Positions 11,803-26,700 of a DNA stretch of 64,000 nucleotides are shown in pieces. Numbering within the stretch: position 1 is the first letter of the stretch; every line of letters starts with the position of its first letter. Below the pieces are notes generated by a model. The model did no database searches and was not told the DNA's origin. It worked only from the letters and a program-made list of their open reading frames with translations. Source of the stretch: Halocafeteria seosinensis (taxonomy: Eukaryota); contig LVLI01000196.1 of NCBI GenBank assembly GCA_001687465.1, positions 62,001 to 126,000 of the forward strand, read 5' to 3'. The position numbers and the translations under genes were made by a program.

Positions 11803-13588
11803 TCAGTCCTCCTCTACGGGCCTAACGGAGGAAACTCCCAGGGGAAGCTCATCTGATCCCCCGAGCTTATAACCGGCATGCTTCTGTCTTTGGTCGGTGG
11901 AGCCGCTAGCACTTGCACCACTTTGACCTTCTTTAGAAGAAATACCGAGATCTTTTCGAATCCTTTGCAAGTTATTCTGCTTGTCACTTTCCGCTTTCTT
12001 CTTTCGTTCCTCCACTTTACTCTGCAATTCCGGTAGGTACACTTCATTATATTCTACGGAAGCCTCCTCTATCTGCACGACACCACATGGTGTGAAAGAA
12101 ATCATATGAATCATGTGTAATTAGATGCCTTGCGAAAATACTTACAGCTGCATACAAATCATCCATTCCCTCTCCCGTTGCAGCACTGAATCCAACGCAT
12201 CGCAGGTTCTGGTAAAATTCATCCAATAAGAGAGACATACTCCGAGTTAAATTATTAACATAGCTTTGATCTTGTTCAGCGTCCAATGCCTCCTGCACCA
12301 AGAATCACGCAGACGGTTTGTTCGTTTATTGCATCCCTTGGGAGCAGATACAATGACTCACCTGGAACGCTTCAAAGTCTTGCATCCACTCTAGCAAAAA
12401 CTCATGTCTCATTACGTCGATTTTGTTAAACACAACAATGAAGGGTAGCCGCTGCACATAGTAGCTCATCAGAGCATAGAAGATCTGTTGCACACCGTCT
12501 TAGTTTGTCATCAACTTACCGTTTTGTACAAAATACTACATGCATACAACATGTTACTCATGAACGTTACAGGATTGGCTGATCGAGGAGTGTCAACCAC
12601 ATAAATTAAGCATGTTGGGAGAGTTGCTGCAAGAGTGTCCGTAATGATGCTTCCTGATGCTGACCATGTAAATACTTCTATTTGTCCCGGTGTATCGACG
12701 AACAAATGGCTGCAGTGGTGATGTATTACACTCTCTAGCACACAAACAAATAGGTAATTCGTCAAGCCAAGTCTTACTCTAGTTGCTGTGAACGTTTCTC
12801 AACTATGTTAATAACTTGGTCAAATCGCGTCGAAAACAGATTCAAAGAAGTCATAATAGCTCCGTTGGGCCCTAACCCGTACTGTATTTTCACGACAAAA
12901 CGTTGTTATGGTTGTATTCGCGCTGCGAACGAGCCAAAGAGTCTTTTGGCAACAAAACTCGAATTCTTACTTGCTTCATGACGTTCTTATACTTGACTGT
13001 ATCTCTGATATCAATATTCGCTGGGTACGGCAACTTCGCCACAGCAGGGTCCAAATTCATCAAGTACGGCACTCGGTTCTGCCCATGAAAATGTGAATTT
13101 ATTCTCTGCAAAAGAGTCGTTTTGCCACTTCCAGCCATGCCTAGTACAATACAACAAATAGGGCTTTTGGCACTCTTTGGATTAGCTTGCGGTCCCTCCG
13201 AAGCAGATGTTCCAGCCCCCGATTCCTCCTCTTCTTCCTCATCTAACTCGAATGTTACACGCTGTTGTTCTCCAGGAGGGGCAGGTTGTCGTCGGCTCCC
13301 TTGCATGCGTCTGTGGACGCGCTCCACGGAGGCCTCAATATGTTCACCTTGGGCATGGTAAGGGGTTTGCTCCTGGGCTTCTTCACCGACTCCATAGGCG
13401 TCCACGTGCTGCTGCACCACTGCATCGTCCATTTGGCGCTGGGAGGGGGCTTTCACGGCACTCGGCATTTGGATAGGAGTCCCTCTGGAACCACTCTTTG
13501 CAGCCGTGGAAGAGGCTGTGGAGGTGGAAGGTGCTGCTGCCCCAGTAGAGGCAGCGCTGGCGCTACTTGTGCTGGAAGAGGAGCTCAT
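11803..13588 (-). CDS. GPN1: GPN-loop GTPase 1 (XAB1/Npa3), multi-exon
   Basis: [10 protein letters not shown]-loop, [35 protein letters not shown] (12835-12875), [47 protein letters not shown]. Confidence 0.96.
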
Positions 13589-13772
13589 TACGGCCTTCTT
13601 ATTTTATTTCTACTGAGTGAGTATACTGTGGCAATATGAAATCTAGGTGAATTGCAGCATGCTTGCTTTGCTGTGGACAGAAATATCATCAAATCACGGT
13701 CTTTAAGTGCTACTGGCTGGGCTATCTACCGGGTCGTACTCGTACAGTGCTAAGGACTTGTTGTATTATGAT

Positions 13773-16700
13773 CTAATATTTTACACTCTTCTTCGCCTGT
13801 GATTTCTCCTCCTGGAGGGCAGAGCCAAATACCTCATCTGGGACTGGTTGCTCCTCGACCTCGATCTCATTTTCATCCTTGGCAGCCTCTTCTTGCTTCT
13901 GTGATTGCTGCTCTTCGGCAGCAGTTTGGCCAGTTTTCCTTGCTATCTTGGCAGTTTGCTCTTCCAAACGCTGCATAGAATCACCTTCATGCTGTCGCTT
14001 CCCAACAAACCCAGCGGAAGCTTGCGGGATTTGTGAAGAGGCTTCTCTTTCAGCCTCTGCTGCCGCATCAGAGGGAGCTGAAGGCATATCAGTAAGCATG
14101 TCGGCAGCGGTAAAGTTCACGCTAGAGAATTGCATCTGGATGGTACGTTTGGTCCTCAACATATCTCTGTACGTCTCTTCATTACCATATTCGACCTCAA
14201 AGTCATGCCATTCTTTCCAAAACTGAGTATGAGTTCTTGGATCACACAGCTGCGAACAGTACTGCAAAATAGCACGAGCACGATCCACTTCACCCAGTTT
14301 TCGTTCCATCTTCATAAATCGCATGCACATATCAACCACTTGTTCATCTGGTAGTTTGTCAATAGCTTGCTGATAGATATCACGTGTGGATGTGACGCCA
14401 TAATACTCTTCAGCTTTCTCTAGCCATCTCAGAAATACGTCATACATGTCCTTCTTCGCATCGACAGCATCAACTGCTCGAGCTGTACATTAAGAAAACA
14501 GTCACAGGACATGTGCAAAAGCAGAAAAAGTCATGCTGTACCGAGAAAACAGTCCACGTACCATACACAGCCATAGCATGGCGTATTAGGCCATGATTTT
14601 CCTCCATTTCCGCGTATAGTAAATACAGTGGCTTAGCGTGTTCCGGTGGTACTTTTTCCACAGCTTGCTGCACAAAACCAAACATTAGGCCGTAATCACG
14701 AATTTCAGACAAAGACCACGTGAATCTAGCCATTCACGTACTTCGAAAAGATCCCGGGCTCGCTCCAGCTTCTTGCCTCCGTAGCGACTGACAAACTTTT
14801 TTAAGTAAGCTAGCCATATTTCTTGGACATGTGGATAGTCAAAAACGGCAATACCCTTTTCAAAAGCACGGAATGAGTCTTCAAAATATTTATGTTCTTC
14901 AAGATAGTCAGCGTAGTTTAGTATCATCTGAAATGGGAATAAATTAAGTACTCTTAAATACAAGGCACTGTGACAAAAACCTAAGATTAAAGATTAACGA
15001 CACTTACTTGTGGCGTTACGATTTGAAGGTCGATGGCTTCTTCATAGGCAGCTTTAGTGGAATCAATTGTTCCTAGTGATTCCTCCAAATCCAAGAACAG
15101 GCTCCATACCTTAACATTCTTGTGCAGTTTATCGGCAGCGGAATTAGGAGTTTTACCCCCGTGTCCAACCGTCTGTTTCCTATTTGTTCTGGCCCACGAT
15201 GGTGGTCTAACAGCTCGTTGCATTACTTCCCGTGCTTTCTGATAATTCCCATGACGTATTTCCATCTCTGCCCACTCACAATACACATTTGCTAGCTCAT
15301 CTACGGTCTTATAATTGCTATTCGTTGCCCGGTCAAACACAACTCTTGCGCTGTCCAAATCCTCGTGCTTTTCATAAAATTTTGCAAATGCTACCCATAA
15401 AGTGTAGGGCTTGCCTACCGCTTTCCATGGGTCTACAGTTTTAATAGCTTCAGAGTAACATGAGATAACCTTCTCGGCGTCATCTCTCTGAATGAAAATT
15501 TTTGCACGGTTGTGCCATTCGTGGACATTATGTGGGTTTTGACGAAGCAAAACCGAATTCAAGAGAACGGGTCGCCGATCCATGAGAAGTTCTAGCCGTT
15601 CAATTCGAAGATTCGTATCGTCCCCTTGCGCAGATAATTTATCAAGCTGATCCACGGAGTAGTCGTTAGGGTCAACTTGGGCGCTTTCTTCTTCGTCATC
15701 TCCCTGAGATTCCATTTTCGCTGTTAAAAGAGTCTCCTCAAATTGAGCGTAGGCATCGAAAATTGTACTGAAATCGCGAACAGTAATAACCGTCTGGATC
15801 CCTTCTTCATAGATATCACGAGCCTTCTCAAAACTACCCAAGCGAATGTAGTAATCTGCCAAATAGCACCATAGTTTTCCAACCTCGTCGGTAAATCGTC
15901 GCAATCCTGACCTTATAATTGGTTCGACATCTAGTGATTTTATTTCATGAGGGTGCTTGCTAACTACCTCACAGAGTTTCATCCACAGTTCGTGCTTCGT
16001 CTTGCCTTCTCGAGACTTAAAGTCCTCATCATTAACAATGATAGATAGTTGGTTGGCTGCTTCATCGTAATTACCAATTTCGAGCAAATATTCTACGTAT
16101 CGTTCACGGTGAGAGCTATCGAATTGCATCAACCTTCGGAAGACACGAACCGCCGTTTCCCATACACCAGACTGTTCGACGAACTTGGAGTAGAGAGTCC
16201 ATATTCGCTCGTGTTGAGTTATAGGTAAACTTTGTAGGGCTCTGTCAAATGTTCTCCTTGTCTTTGTTATCAACCCTTGCTTCATTAAGAAGTCACAATA
16301 GTCCAGCCTGCACATCGCAAAGAAAGTGTAACTAGTTGCTGCGCCACTCATGCAAGACGAGCATCCCAGCCGTACCAAATGCGAGGCATCCGATGCAAGT
16401 ACACAAGCGCTCGGTCAAATGTATTATTTACTACTTCGTACGCAGGATCAGTTGGGCACTTCTTGCGAACCTGCAACACCAACGAAATTCACGTGTTCAT
16501 CCCATGGACAGTGTCAAAGTGTTAACTGCTTACTTGTCTCATTCTGTCGTGCAAGTACGCTCTCCAGAGCTTGTAGCTTCCCGGCAAATGTTTGACAGCT
16601 CTCTCGTAGATGACATTTCGAATTTTGGAAGACGAATTCTGCTTTGCTTTAATATATTCCCACCAAGGACTGAGTGAATAAGGGGCTCGACTGACCTCTT

Positions 16701-16803
16701 CCTCATGCGCCAAGTCCTCATCTTGCTCCAAGAAAGCCTGGATCTGGCCCATGAAATCTCCACTGAAGGAGCCACCATTCGTAGTTTCTACTGTAGTTGC
16801 CAT
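13773..16803 (-). CDS. SYF1: Pre-mRNA splicing factor SYF1/XAB2 (HAT repeats), multi-exon
   Basis: YERAVKHLPGSYKLWRAYL, TRRTFDRALQSLPITQHERIW, LLNSVLLRQNPHNVHEW, RYGGKKLERARDLFE, ERKLGEVDRARAI, YGNEETYRDMLRTKRTIQ. Confidence 0.97.
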
Positions 16804-17242
16804 TTTGGCTATAACTCCACGGGTATGATAATAAAAAGCATGGGAAAATGGCCCACGACAAAACAAACTATGGATTTGTGATCTCTCCACACCCACTTCT
16901 GTGGGCTGTAAATTCAGTTTCTGCGTGTGTTAGAAGAGCAGGATACTATTTGGGACTATCTGAGCCTCTTAATTGACCAATTCTCCGACTCTGTGTGCGT
17001 ATACAGCCACGAAAGCACTGCAAATGGGGCAAACAAGACCACAATTTCTGAGTGAAACAATTGTTTGCTTCCTACTGTAGCCACAACTTGGCCCACAAGT
17101 TTTCCGAGCAGCCTTCACTAAGCCCATACACGATGAACTGTATGTGTTGAGCGTATTCACAATCTTTGGTATCCATTGTTCTTCTTTTTACCTCGTCCTT
17201 CTGTAGAGAAAAGAAGAAGCACGCGTGTAGACAAGGCATATC

Positions 17243-18801
17243 ATGTTGGTCCGACGTGCTGTCTCTGTTGGCTGCAGATCTTTCAAGCCTATTATTAAAC
17301 CAAAGACGGCATGTCCCGCAGTTATCAACTCCTTTGGAGCAAGCGTAAGTCCTGTATTATCTACTGTTCACAGCGGATATTCGTATGGAAATGAAATGGA
17401 GTCGTTTTGGACGCCTGCAGAATGTGGGACAGTATGCGTTCCGAGCCTTGTTCAGCACGGAGGAATATGGTATGTCACTGAATATTGGGTGGAGTTTTCT
17501 CTCCGTATCGTACTCTTATATGGCTGTTATCGGTATTATTTCTTTGTTTTTCTGTTTGCAGCTGAGTTTCCTGGGAACGTCAAGCTCAAAGTGGTGGATT
17601 CACTGGATACGCATCCGCCGGATCAACAAGAGAAATATCCAGTCTACCGCCTATTGAATCCTGATGGGACATTGAGAAACGGTGTTGATGGATCCAAGTT
17701 TGACAAGGATGAACTCTTGAAAATGTACACGTATATGAGCCGTGTACAAGCGATGGATACTGTCTTCTACGATGCGCAACGGCAAGGGCGGATCAGCTTC
17801 TACATGCAGGTATGAAGCCCTTCGGTCGCTCTTCCGCTGCTCGACATTTCAGATACGGTACTTTTTTGTTTTCGCTATAGCAGAATTCGGGGGAGGAAGG
17901 TGCCCAGGTTGGAAGTGCAATGGCACTGCGGTCAGACGATCCGGTGTATGCACAATATAGAGAGGCTGGTGTTCTTATGTGGCGTGGCTTTACACTCCAA
18001 ATGATGGCGGATCAGTGCTTCTCAAATAAAGATGACCCAGCCAAGGGGAGACAGATGCCAGTGCACTACGGCAATCGGTCGTTGAATGTTCAAACCATAT
18101 CGTCTCCTCTTGGCACCCAGATTCCCCAGGCTTCTGGCGCTGCGTACGCACTGAAAGGCACCGGTAGATGCGTGATTTGCTACTTCGGGGAAGGAGCGGC
18201 GTCTGAAGGTGATTTCCATGCAGCTCTGAATTTCGCATCTACCCTCGGTGGTCCGGTGATCTTCTTCGTGAGGAATAATGGCTATGCTATTTCTACTCCT
18301 TCCTCAGAACAGTACGGAGGCGACGGTATTGCTCCCCATGGAGTAGGATATGGGATGCATACTTTGCGCGTAGATGGAAATGATATTCTTGCAGTGAAAG
18401 AAGCAACTGAACGTGCGCGAGAGATCGCTGTAGGTCAACAGAGACCAGTTCTTGTGGAGGCGATGACGTACCGCGAAGGCCACCACTCTACTTCTGACGA
18501 TTCCACCAGATATCGCTCTGCTGATGAAATCAACTACTGGAAAGAGACAAATAATCCGATAGTGCGAATGAGGAAATTCCTTTTGAGCCAAGGCTACCTC
18601 ACAGAAGAAGAGGATAAGAAGATGTTAAAACAAGAGCGGAAAGATGTATTAACGGCACTGAATACCGCGGAAGCAAAGGAAAAGCCTTCTGTTGAACATT
18701 TGTTCGGCGATGTGTATGATGTCAAACCGCTGCACCTTATTCAGCAAGAGACAGCACTCCATGCTCATATGGAGAAATATCCAGATGAATATAAGAGTTA
18801 A
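17243..18801 (+). CDS. BCKDHA: Branched-chain alpha-ketoacid dehydrogenase E1 alpha subunit, mitochondrial
   Basis: Arg/Ser-rich presequence-like N-terminus, YDAQRQGRISFYM, KGRQMPVHYG, TPP motif YFGEGAASEGDFHAALNFA..RNNGYAIST, and GHHSTSDDSTRYR phosphorylation loop. Confidence 0.97.
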
Positions 18802-20193
18802 ACGGGAAGTGTACTTCGTTAAGACCAACCACTCCAAAGGAATGTAGACGACTCAATGGATACAAGAGTAAAATACACCGATAAAAGTAACTCACCGATC
18901 TGCAAAGGGTTGGGACGCTACTTGAAAGTCTTCAAATTGAAACCCTGTTACAACGTGTTCTGGTGTGGGTCAATAATGCTTCCGTTCACGTTACGTTACA
19001 TCTTACACCCATGGGTCATTGCATCACCGGTTAAGATGCAGTTGTAGGTCACGGTAGGTAACGATTCCCAGTAACGTTCACCCAAGCACCTAGCCCTCAG
19101 GAAGAATGGGCAAGACAGAGGACTTGCAGAACACAGAACAAAGGGGTTCGGAGTTTAGTGCTCGGTATGCAGCACTACTCCGACTTCATATTCAAAAACC
19201 CGGAAGTTCGCAAACGTAAAAGCATTTTGAAGTGTTCATAGTTTTTTCGTTCCAAAGCACATTCCAGCCCCACCTGCTACTGTACCTAAGAATACATGCT
19301 CTGGGTTCTTCGTTTGCAATGAGTCAACCGAGTCAACGAGTCATTGGAAGGATCCTAATCCCCACAGTTTTTTTCTGTGTCAGAATGTATAGAAGGCATG
19401 GTTTGTCCCTCCTTTGCCTTCTACATGTGTTAGAGAAACGCTTACACGGTAGAATTCACAGTACCGTTGAGTGGGACGTGGGAAGTGCGGCTCTTGGACT
19501 GTACTCAAGCTCGAGCTACGCCAGCTAGCCAGAATACAAAGAGTACGTACTTTCTTGACTCTATTCCTTGTATGTGAACCATACGGTTGTAGTTTCTAGT
19601 AAACAATAACTGTATTGATTCCCGAGGTTGTATTGTCCTCGGGGATCAGATTCCACGAGAAGCGAGCTCGTATTGTTGCAAGAGCCAAGGCGTCGGTTAT
19701 GCTTTCGCCGTAGTCGCGTGTTCCCGCCAGAAAATCCTCCGTCCGCGTTCTCGATCTCAAAGATGTGTTCATCGAGGATAGTGGTGCTTGTTTCAATGTT
19801 TAACCAAGCGTCACCAATAAAGCCGAATTGACCGCCCTGTACTGCGTCGCGGAGATATAACGGGAGGAAGACGGCTTAACGCCCGCAGGCGACAGCAAGG
19901 GGATCCAGTTCACTGACTCCTCAACAACCTGTCAATCTTTCCTTGCCTTGACTCCGGCGTTAAAGTTGAAGTGAGCCAGTGCTCCTTGTTGACTCGACTT
20001 GTTTTGTTTACTCTAGCTAGAGTGAGAACGTTGAGTCTGCCAGCACCCGTAAAGTAGCTTCCCGTGCTGGTATCCCCGTCTGGCACATTCTCACCGTTTA
20101 GAGAAAGCGCCATTGCCTGTGTTAGTATTCTCCGCTCCAGGAGTCTCTGCTTCACGGCCTCTTGTTCTTCCTAGTTTTTGGGGTTTTTGACTT

Positions 20194-23100
20194 ATGACTA
20201 TGGACTCTCTATTGATGGACGATATTTGCGAGCTCAAGTTCCAGGTACTAAAATGACGTTTCTCTCTGTTGCTTGTTTTGTGTTTTTGAGAAGAACGGGA
20301 GAAAAGCGGGGTGGTGGACGCACTGGGGTGAAACTCACTCTCAGTCTATGAGTCTGTGGGAGCATACCTGTTGACTCGGATGTATCCAAATCACTTCCGC
20401 TTGATATTCGACTCTTCCATGTTGTTTGGACTCTCTTTGATAGGAGTGCTGAAGCCATAATACCATGGGGCCTTCCAGACGATATTCCGCCATTCTGTTT
20501 GCGGGATAATCACACACGGGAAATTCTGTGATGATAACCGTTCCTAATGTTGTTCCCGCTTCTTACTTTGCAGGGCGAGCATCAACAGAATGGCATAACG
20601 ATGGACAATAGCTCATCCAGCTCGACGAGGACAAGGGACGACGAGAGTCAGGATCGCGACAACAAGCCAGCTCATTATGAGGAGAGCCTTGAACCCGATT
20701 CGACATCCATATGGGGCTCCAGGGCGAGCCTGGTAGACGGTTGGCATAAGTCTCCCACTAGTATTCACGAATCGAAATCATCTGCACCTAGCAGCAGCAG
20801 CAGTAAGTCAAGCATTCCACGCTCACTCGACAGTAACCACGACGTCTTACGTGCAACTCACAGACTGCCGGGACGCTAGCGTTGATGCACTTCCGCCTAC
20901 TACCGCACCGAGAAAAGGAAGGCCCTTCGAGGATGAATTTGGTTCTTCTGCTTTCCCTCCATTTGAAAGGAGCAATGACTCTACCTCGTTGGAACCACCC
21001 TCTGCGGAACACGGAGTCAGAAACAGCCAAGAGGTGCCGGTAGAGTGTATGTCTTGGATTATTCTAACGCTCGGGATTTTATGCTCCATGTAGGCATTGG
21101 TTGTTTACTTGTTTCGCTGCAGTTCAAAGTGGTGAGAGCATTCCCCAGCAAAATGTTCAGCCAGCAGGGCACTCCAGCGGCACTACAGGTAAGTCCTTGT
21201 CAAGCCTGGTATTAGTGTGTGTTCCGACCTTCTGTGCGATAAAACGATCGAAATAGATGTGTAAAGTGTTGAGGGGCCTTATGATGTATTAGCAAGGGTA
21301 CAACATCCTTCCCTGGAGGCATCTATCCAACCCTTGGCATAGGGGCGCGCGCCAAAAAGGGCTGTTTTCCGCATCTGGTGTCTTTTTTGTCGTTTTCTTG
21401 ATCACCGGGCGGACGTTTTGCTTACCCCGCTGCTCTTCCGTGCCTTGCGCAGAACAATCGCTCGGACAGAATTGTCGTGGTCCTCGTCAAACGTTGGTGA
21501 AGCAGACGCTACAGCATGCATCTATACCAGCAAATGTCTCCATAGAGCCGCAGTCGATACCAACTACGTCCGTTGATTTGTCCTCTTCGGGCTTCACGAG
21601 ACCTGGTGTCCGTAAAGACAGCTCCACCCACGAATCTGGAAGGACTTTCACGCCCATCGCAGCTTTCCCGGCATTCGGACAAGACGAACGAGCATTGCCA
21701 AGGCAGGGCAACAACCTATACAGCTCCAGTAGTCTCCGGACCGTCTATCCACACACTCGACTTTACGGTAGCCTGTTCGATGAGTTAATTAACTCAGACG
21801 TGATGGACAATGCTGCCTGGGGCACACGGGCCCAACCCACTCACTCACACAGAAACCTAGCTAACAACGCTACCGCTTTCCATGCTCCCGGAGCCGCACA
21901 ATTGCATGTACCTCATATGTCAGCAACGACAGCGCCCTACAGCACGCCCTCCTCAGGGCTGACCACTTCTCAGCAGCACGCTCTGAACACCCTGAACACC
22001 GAAAGCATGGGCCAACAGAGTGCCACCGAACAACAAGCCGAAATGCTGGCGCAACAGAACACGATACATTCAAAAGAAATTATCGAAACTCTTTCTGGGC
22101 TCAAGCATGGAAAAGGAACCCTGGAAGACCCAACACTGACTCTCGGAGACTCAACAGAGACGCCAACGCCTGTGGCATCGGCTTCGGCTTCAACCCCTTC
22201 CAAACATTCTTCAAGGGGTTCTAGAAAAAGGTCAAGAAAATCATCGACCCAGCTTGATGATGCTGTTGTCGATCCAGACAAAGATGTGGTTTTCGAAAAG
22301 CCAGAAAACTTCACCCCGCATCCAAACGTAAGTGTGTCTACTCGTTTGAATGTTTCCACCCCGTGTTTCTAGAACTTCGCTTCCTTCCCAAACGCGCAGT
22401 TACCCGAGGGTTACTTAACAGAACTGAAGCTCACCAAAGGGACAAGAAGATTGCAACCTCAGCAAGTAGCTATACTAAAATACTGGATGGCAGACATTAA
22501 GCATTGGTCACATCCATATCCTGACGAAAACGTAAGAACAATACATCAGTGTAGGTCTGTTTTCGCCGCTGCAGTACTCACGCGTGGCTACGAATTTTGG
22601 GACTGCAGGAAAAGAAGAAACTTGCAGAGCGATGTAACATGTCGGTTACCCAGGTGTCTGATTGGTTCCGCAATGAACGGAAAAGGGTATGGCTCCCCCT
22701 ACAGCGTACTCAATCCAGTACGGGGTCATCACCAACTCCCAGCTCCAGTCGTTCTTCAAATTCTGCAACATCAGGCAAGAAAGCGTCCCGGAAATCCAAG
22801 AGAGGGACTGCAAGTGCTGCTGCTTCCGTGGACCAGACCCACAGTCTTCCAGCTGCCACTTCCAATAGCCACGCATATTTCGCCGACTATTTACAGCAGG
22901 CAATTCCTACGGGAATGCGTCCATTAGAACCTTCTCAGGAGCCCGGGGCGGTTGCACTGAATGTAGATAATGCTGCGGAGCGACCGGGTGTCTCGACAGC
23001 AACGGCACCGAGCGGGTATCAGAGGTATACTGCGACAATGGGGTACCCGCCTTTGAACTTTGCGGGTGGTGCTCCGTCGAATGGAGGCGGCGTTACTCAA

Positions 23101-23304
23101 GACTTCCGTAGTCCCACTCTTTATGTTCCAGGAAACGAACGAGCTGGTGCAACTGATCTCCAACCAGGGATGTATTCTTACGCGACAGCGTCCATGTATC
23201 AACCCCAGGGTCAGATACAGCATTCAACGTCTGCACTAAGCACTGGTATGACTGCACAATATCTCCCGCAGCCTCCTTCCAATGGTGGATCAAAACAGGG
23301 TTGA
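20194..23304 (+). CDS. TALE-class (KN-type) homeodomain transcription factor, multi-exon (5' exons uncertain)
   Basis: ILKYWMADIKHWSHPYPDEN, intron, EKKKLAERCNMSVTQVSDWFRNERKRVW: three-residue loop extension with PYP and helix-3 WFxNxRKR. Upstream low-complexity exons joined by GT-AG introns, e.g. 20803-20863. Confidence 0.85.
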
Positions 23305-23762
23305 AACTACCTACACTAGAATATAATAGTGATAGGTGGCGCTTGGTCCATGTTGATCAGTATCGAGTCGCCGCCGTTAGCACAACTTGACTGAGCCACG
23401 ATGGTTCTTCTGAACCTAGTAATGCACATTACGGTTTCCCGCCCTGCCAACATTCGTCAATGTATCCACGCAATATTTTCTAACGTAGTAACCTTCTGTT
23501 GCATTCCCCTTGATATTGTGGGCAAGAGTCATAGACTCAGGCTTTTTACAGGTACATACTATCATACCGTAGCCCCCTGGGGGTCTGTATTCAGCTTCAA
23601 CTATAGTAAGTGCAGGCTACATACGCTGTATTCAGCCTTGCGAATAGAATTGATATCCGGACTGATAACCCCAGAACCTCCAGTGCAAGGAATTGCTACT
23701 CCTTCCCAGGGTCATTCTCGATAGCGTCACTGTAGTAACCCCAATTAGCCAGACCAAGGACA

Positions 23763-26700
23763 ATGGCCGCTGTAGACCAAGATGGTTCTGAACGCGCTTC
23801 TGCCGCGGAGGAGAGCAGCCCTCCAGATACCTTATTGGACCGTCTGCAGCATTGGACAGATCTACAACCGGAAAAAGTACGTGTATGGTGGTGTTGTGTT
23901 GTTATGGGCTTGCCCAGCCATCGACAGTGGCCATGTCCGTCTTGACGCGCAGATACTGTATCGCTTTCTTAACGATCACGGGGTAGTGGCGGAGAAGCTT
24001 ACATTCAAGGTAAGACATGAGCAATCCCCGAGGGAATGTCATTCATCATGTTACTTGAGCTACTCGGTAAGTTTCATGCAGGAGGTCGATGAACAGAGCA
24101 AAGCTATGGCGCTGGCGTTGTCAGAGTCCAAAGAGTAAGGTGCTACACATCCGGGCATCCAATAAACGTACTATGTTAGACAACGTCGATTAATATGTTC
24201 ACCTGGCAGAGTTGAGAAAGGAGACAGAGTGCTGCTAACATTCTTGCCGTCGACGAAGTTCATAGTGTGTTTTTTAGCATGCGTGCGCGCCGGCCTCATT
24301 GCTGTACCAGTAAGTAGGGTTATTGACTGTGGTACGCGTCATTTAGAGACCTTCCATAATAACTGTTGCGATGCAGGTCTACCCACCAGACCCTCGGAAT
24401 TTGTCAAAGAATTTGTATATGTTTGCATCTATTCAAAAATCCTGCGACGCCAAACTTGTAATCAGTCACAAATCCTATGACTCAGCAAAGAAAGCTGGTC
24501 AGCTGGCTGAAACCGCCAAACGCTTAATTGGGAAGGGCAAAACGACATTAGAATGGCCAGATTTACCTTGGTTAGAGTACGAAAATCTTGTGGAGCAAGG
24601 CAAGCAGTATTTATCGAAAGAAGATGAGGAAGTATCGGGGAAGCTTCCGTCTCCTCAAAGAGCAGACGTTGCATTCCTGCAATACACTAGTGGAAGTACA
24701 AGTGAACCAAAGGGGGTCATGATTACTCACGATAATTTATCGCATAATCTCAATTGCATTGTATCTAGTTTGGATGCTTCTACGGATACAAGGGTCGCTT
24801 CGTGGTTGCCCCAGTATCACGACATGGGACTGATTGGCAGCTATTTGGGTACCTTATATTGCGGTGGGTCGGGCATCTACATGTCACCGCTGACGTTTAT
24901 CAAGGATACTTCTCTCTGGATTCGCACTGTAAGCATCTTCAGAGCAACACATCTCCAAGCGCCAAACTTTGGTTATGCGCTCACTTCGCGGAAGTGGGAA
25001 GAGAAAGGACTTGATCGAACTCCCCGTGAAGTTCCCAAAGACGACATTGACACCTTAGGTGAGGTTCCTCCAGCCAAGTACCCTATTGATCTATCTTCCG
25101 TAAAGCATATTTTCAATGCCGCCGAACCCATCACGTTGTCCTCAGTGGATACGTTTTTGAGGCGATTCGCCAAGTATGGTCTCAAACCGTCTGCAATGAA
25201 GCCCGGTTTCGGACTTGCGGAGCACACAGTGTACGTCTGTGATGGTGGTAGGTTGAGGCTACGAATTGACAAAGATGCCTTTCAAGCAGAGAACGTAGTG
25301 AAACCTATGATGAAATGGAATTGGCATTCCGACGAGGACGTCATAGCCAGCTCCGGTAGTCCGGACAGCATCCACCTCGGAAAATGGGAAAGTGTCGCTG
25401 ATAGCGACGGTAACCAGCCAAACTTTACTCGTGCCACTGTCGACATGATTGGATGTGGCAACACTTATAAGAACGAAAACATTAGGGTCGTGGTTGCAAA
25501 ACCCTTGGCGCAGGAGACGGAAGAGGGTGCTGATGATGAGAGCAAGGGGAACGTTGGAGAAAAATTACAGGAAGGAAAAGTAGGCGAAATCTGGATTAAG
25601 AGCAATTCTCAGGCAAAAGGGTATTGGGGAATGCAGGAAAAATCTGAAGAAACTTTTAACGGACATCTACTTCCTGAAGATACTAAGGGTTGGTTGCGAA
25701 CGGGAGACTTAGGATTTGTGTATGAGGAGGAGCTGTTTATCGCTGGCAGGGAAAAGGATGTTATTATATTACGAGGGAGGAACCATTTTCCCCAAGATAT
25801 AGAATACACTGTCCAGACATGCAACACTGAGAACGTGCGTCCGGGAGGTATAGCTGCTTTTAGTGTTTCCGTAGAGGCGGTCAATGCAGCTCATCAGGTT
25901 CTTTATAGACACGGGGTGCATTTGAACGACTCAGAAGTTTCGTCAACGGAAACTGCTGAAAGCGGTGAAACGCTTGCCGTTATTGTAGAAGTTCGGAACG
26001 AGCATGAAAGCAAGAGTAAGTTAGATCGCCTCTGTGGTGAGATTAGCCGTGCAATATTGTCTGACCATGGAATATCACCGGGGGTCATTTTCCTCGTTAA
26101 ACCTCATGGGGCTGTCAAAACCACTAGCGGTAAAATAGCGCGGAAGTGGAACAAACGAGCATTGGTTGATCTAGCCGAGTTGAACAAGGGGAAAACGGAA
26201 AACAAGGAAAAGGAAGAAAAGATGAAATGGCATCCTAAATCGAAAGTGATTATCTTCTCTTGGGTGAAGTCTAGTGCCGAAGCGTCAATGGCTGACGGTG
26301 AACGCGGCGATGCTGAGGAGGCAACGCTCCTAGAAGGACCTCAGTTAGCTCACGAAATCCAGCGACAGGTAGCGAACCTGTTGGGAGAGAGCAATCCGTC
26401 AGCAATTCCGACAAATGTGCCAATTAATTCGTTGGGTCTGGATAGTATGGGCATCATGCAGTTGAATGGGGTGCTCGTTCACAAACAAAAGCTACAACTA
26501 AGTCAAGAACAGATGTTCGCCGAAGGAATGACAATTTGGTGGATTGTTGATAAGGCCGCCACGTTACGTGGACCTAACCATGCAACTCTTGGCTTACCCA
26601 CCGCTGAAGATGGTCGTGTCGACGACCCGGAAGTGGTAAATATCGGCAGTGAAGACGGCAATGATACGACGGTAGATCCCAGTGCAATTCGAAACGGCTC

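Noticed and set aside
11803..16803. XAB1 (GPN1) and XAB2 (SYF1) are adjacent on the same strand
   Set aside because: The shared name reflects XPA-binding screens in human cells. The proteins are unrelated and act in different processes, and nothing here indicates functional clustering.
18802..20190. Long spacer upstream of the TALE homeobox gene as an ncRNA or hidden gene
   Set aside because: Only short motif-less ORFs and no recognisable RNA signature; most simply regulatory or 5'UTR sequence.
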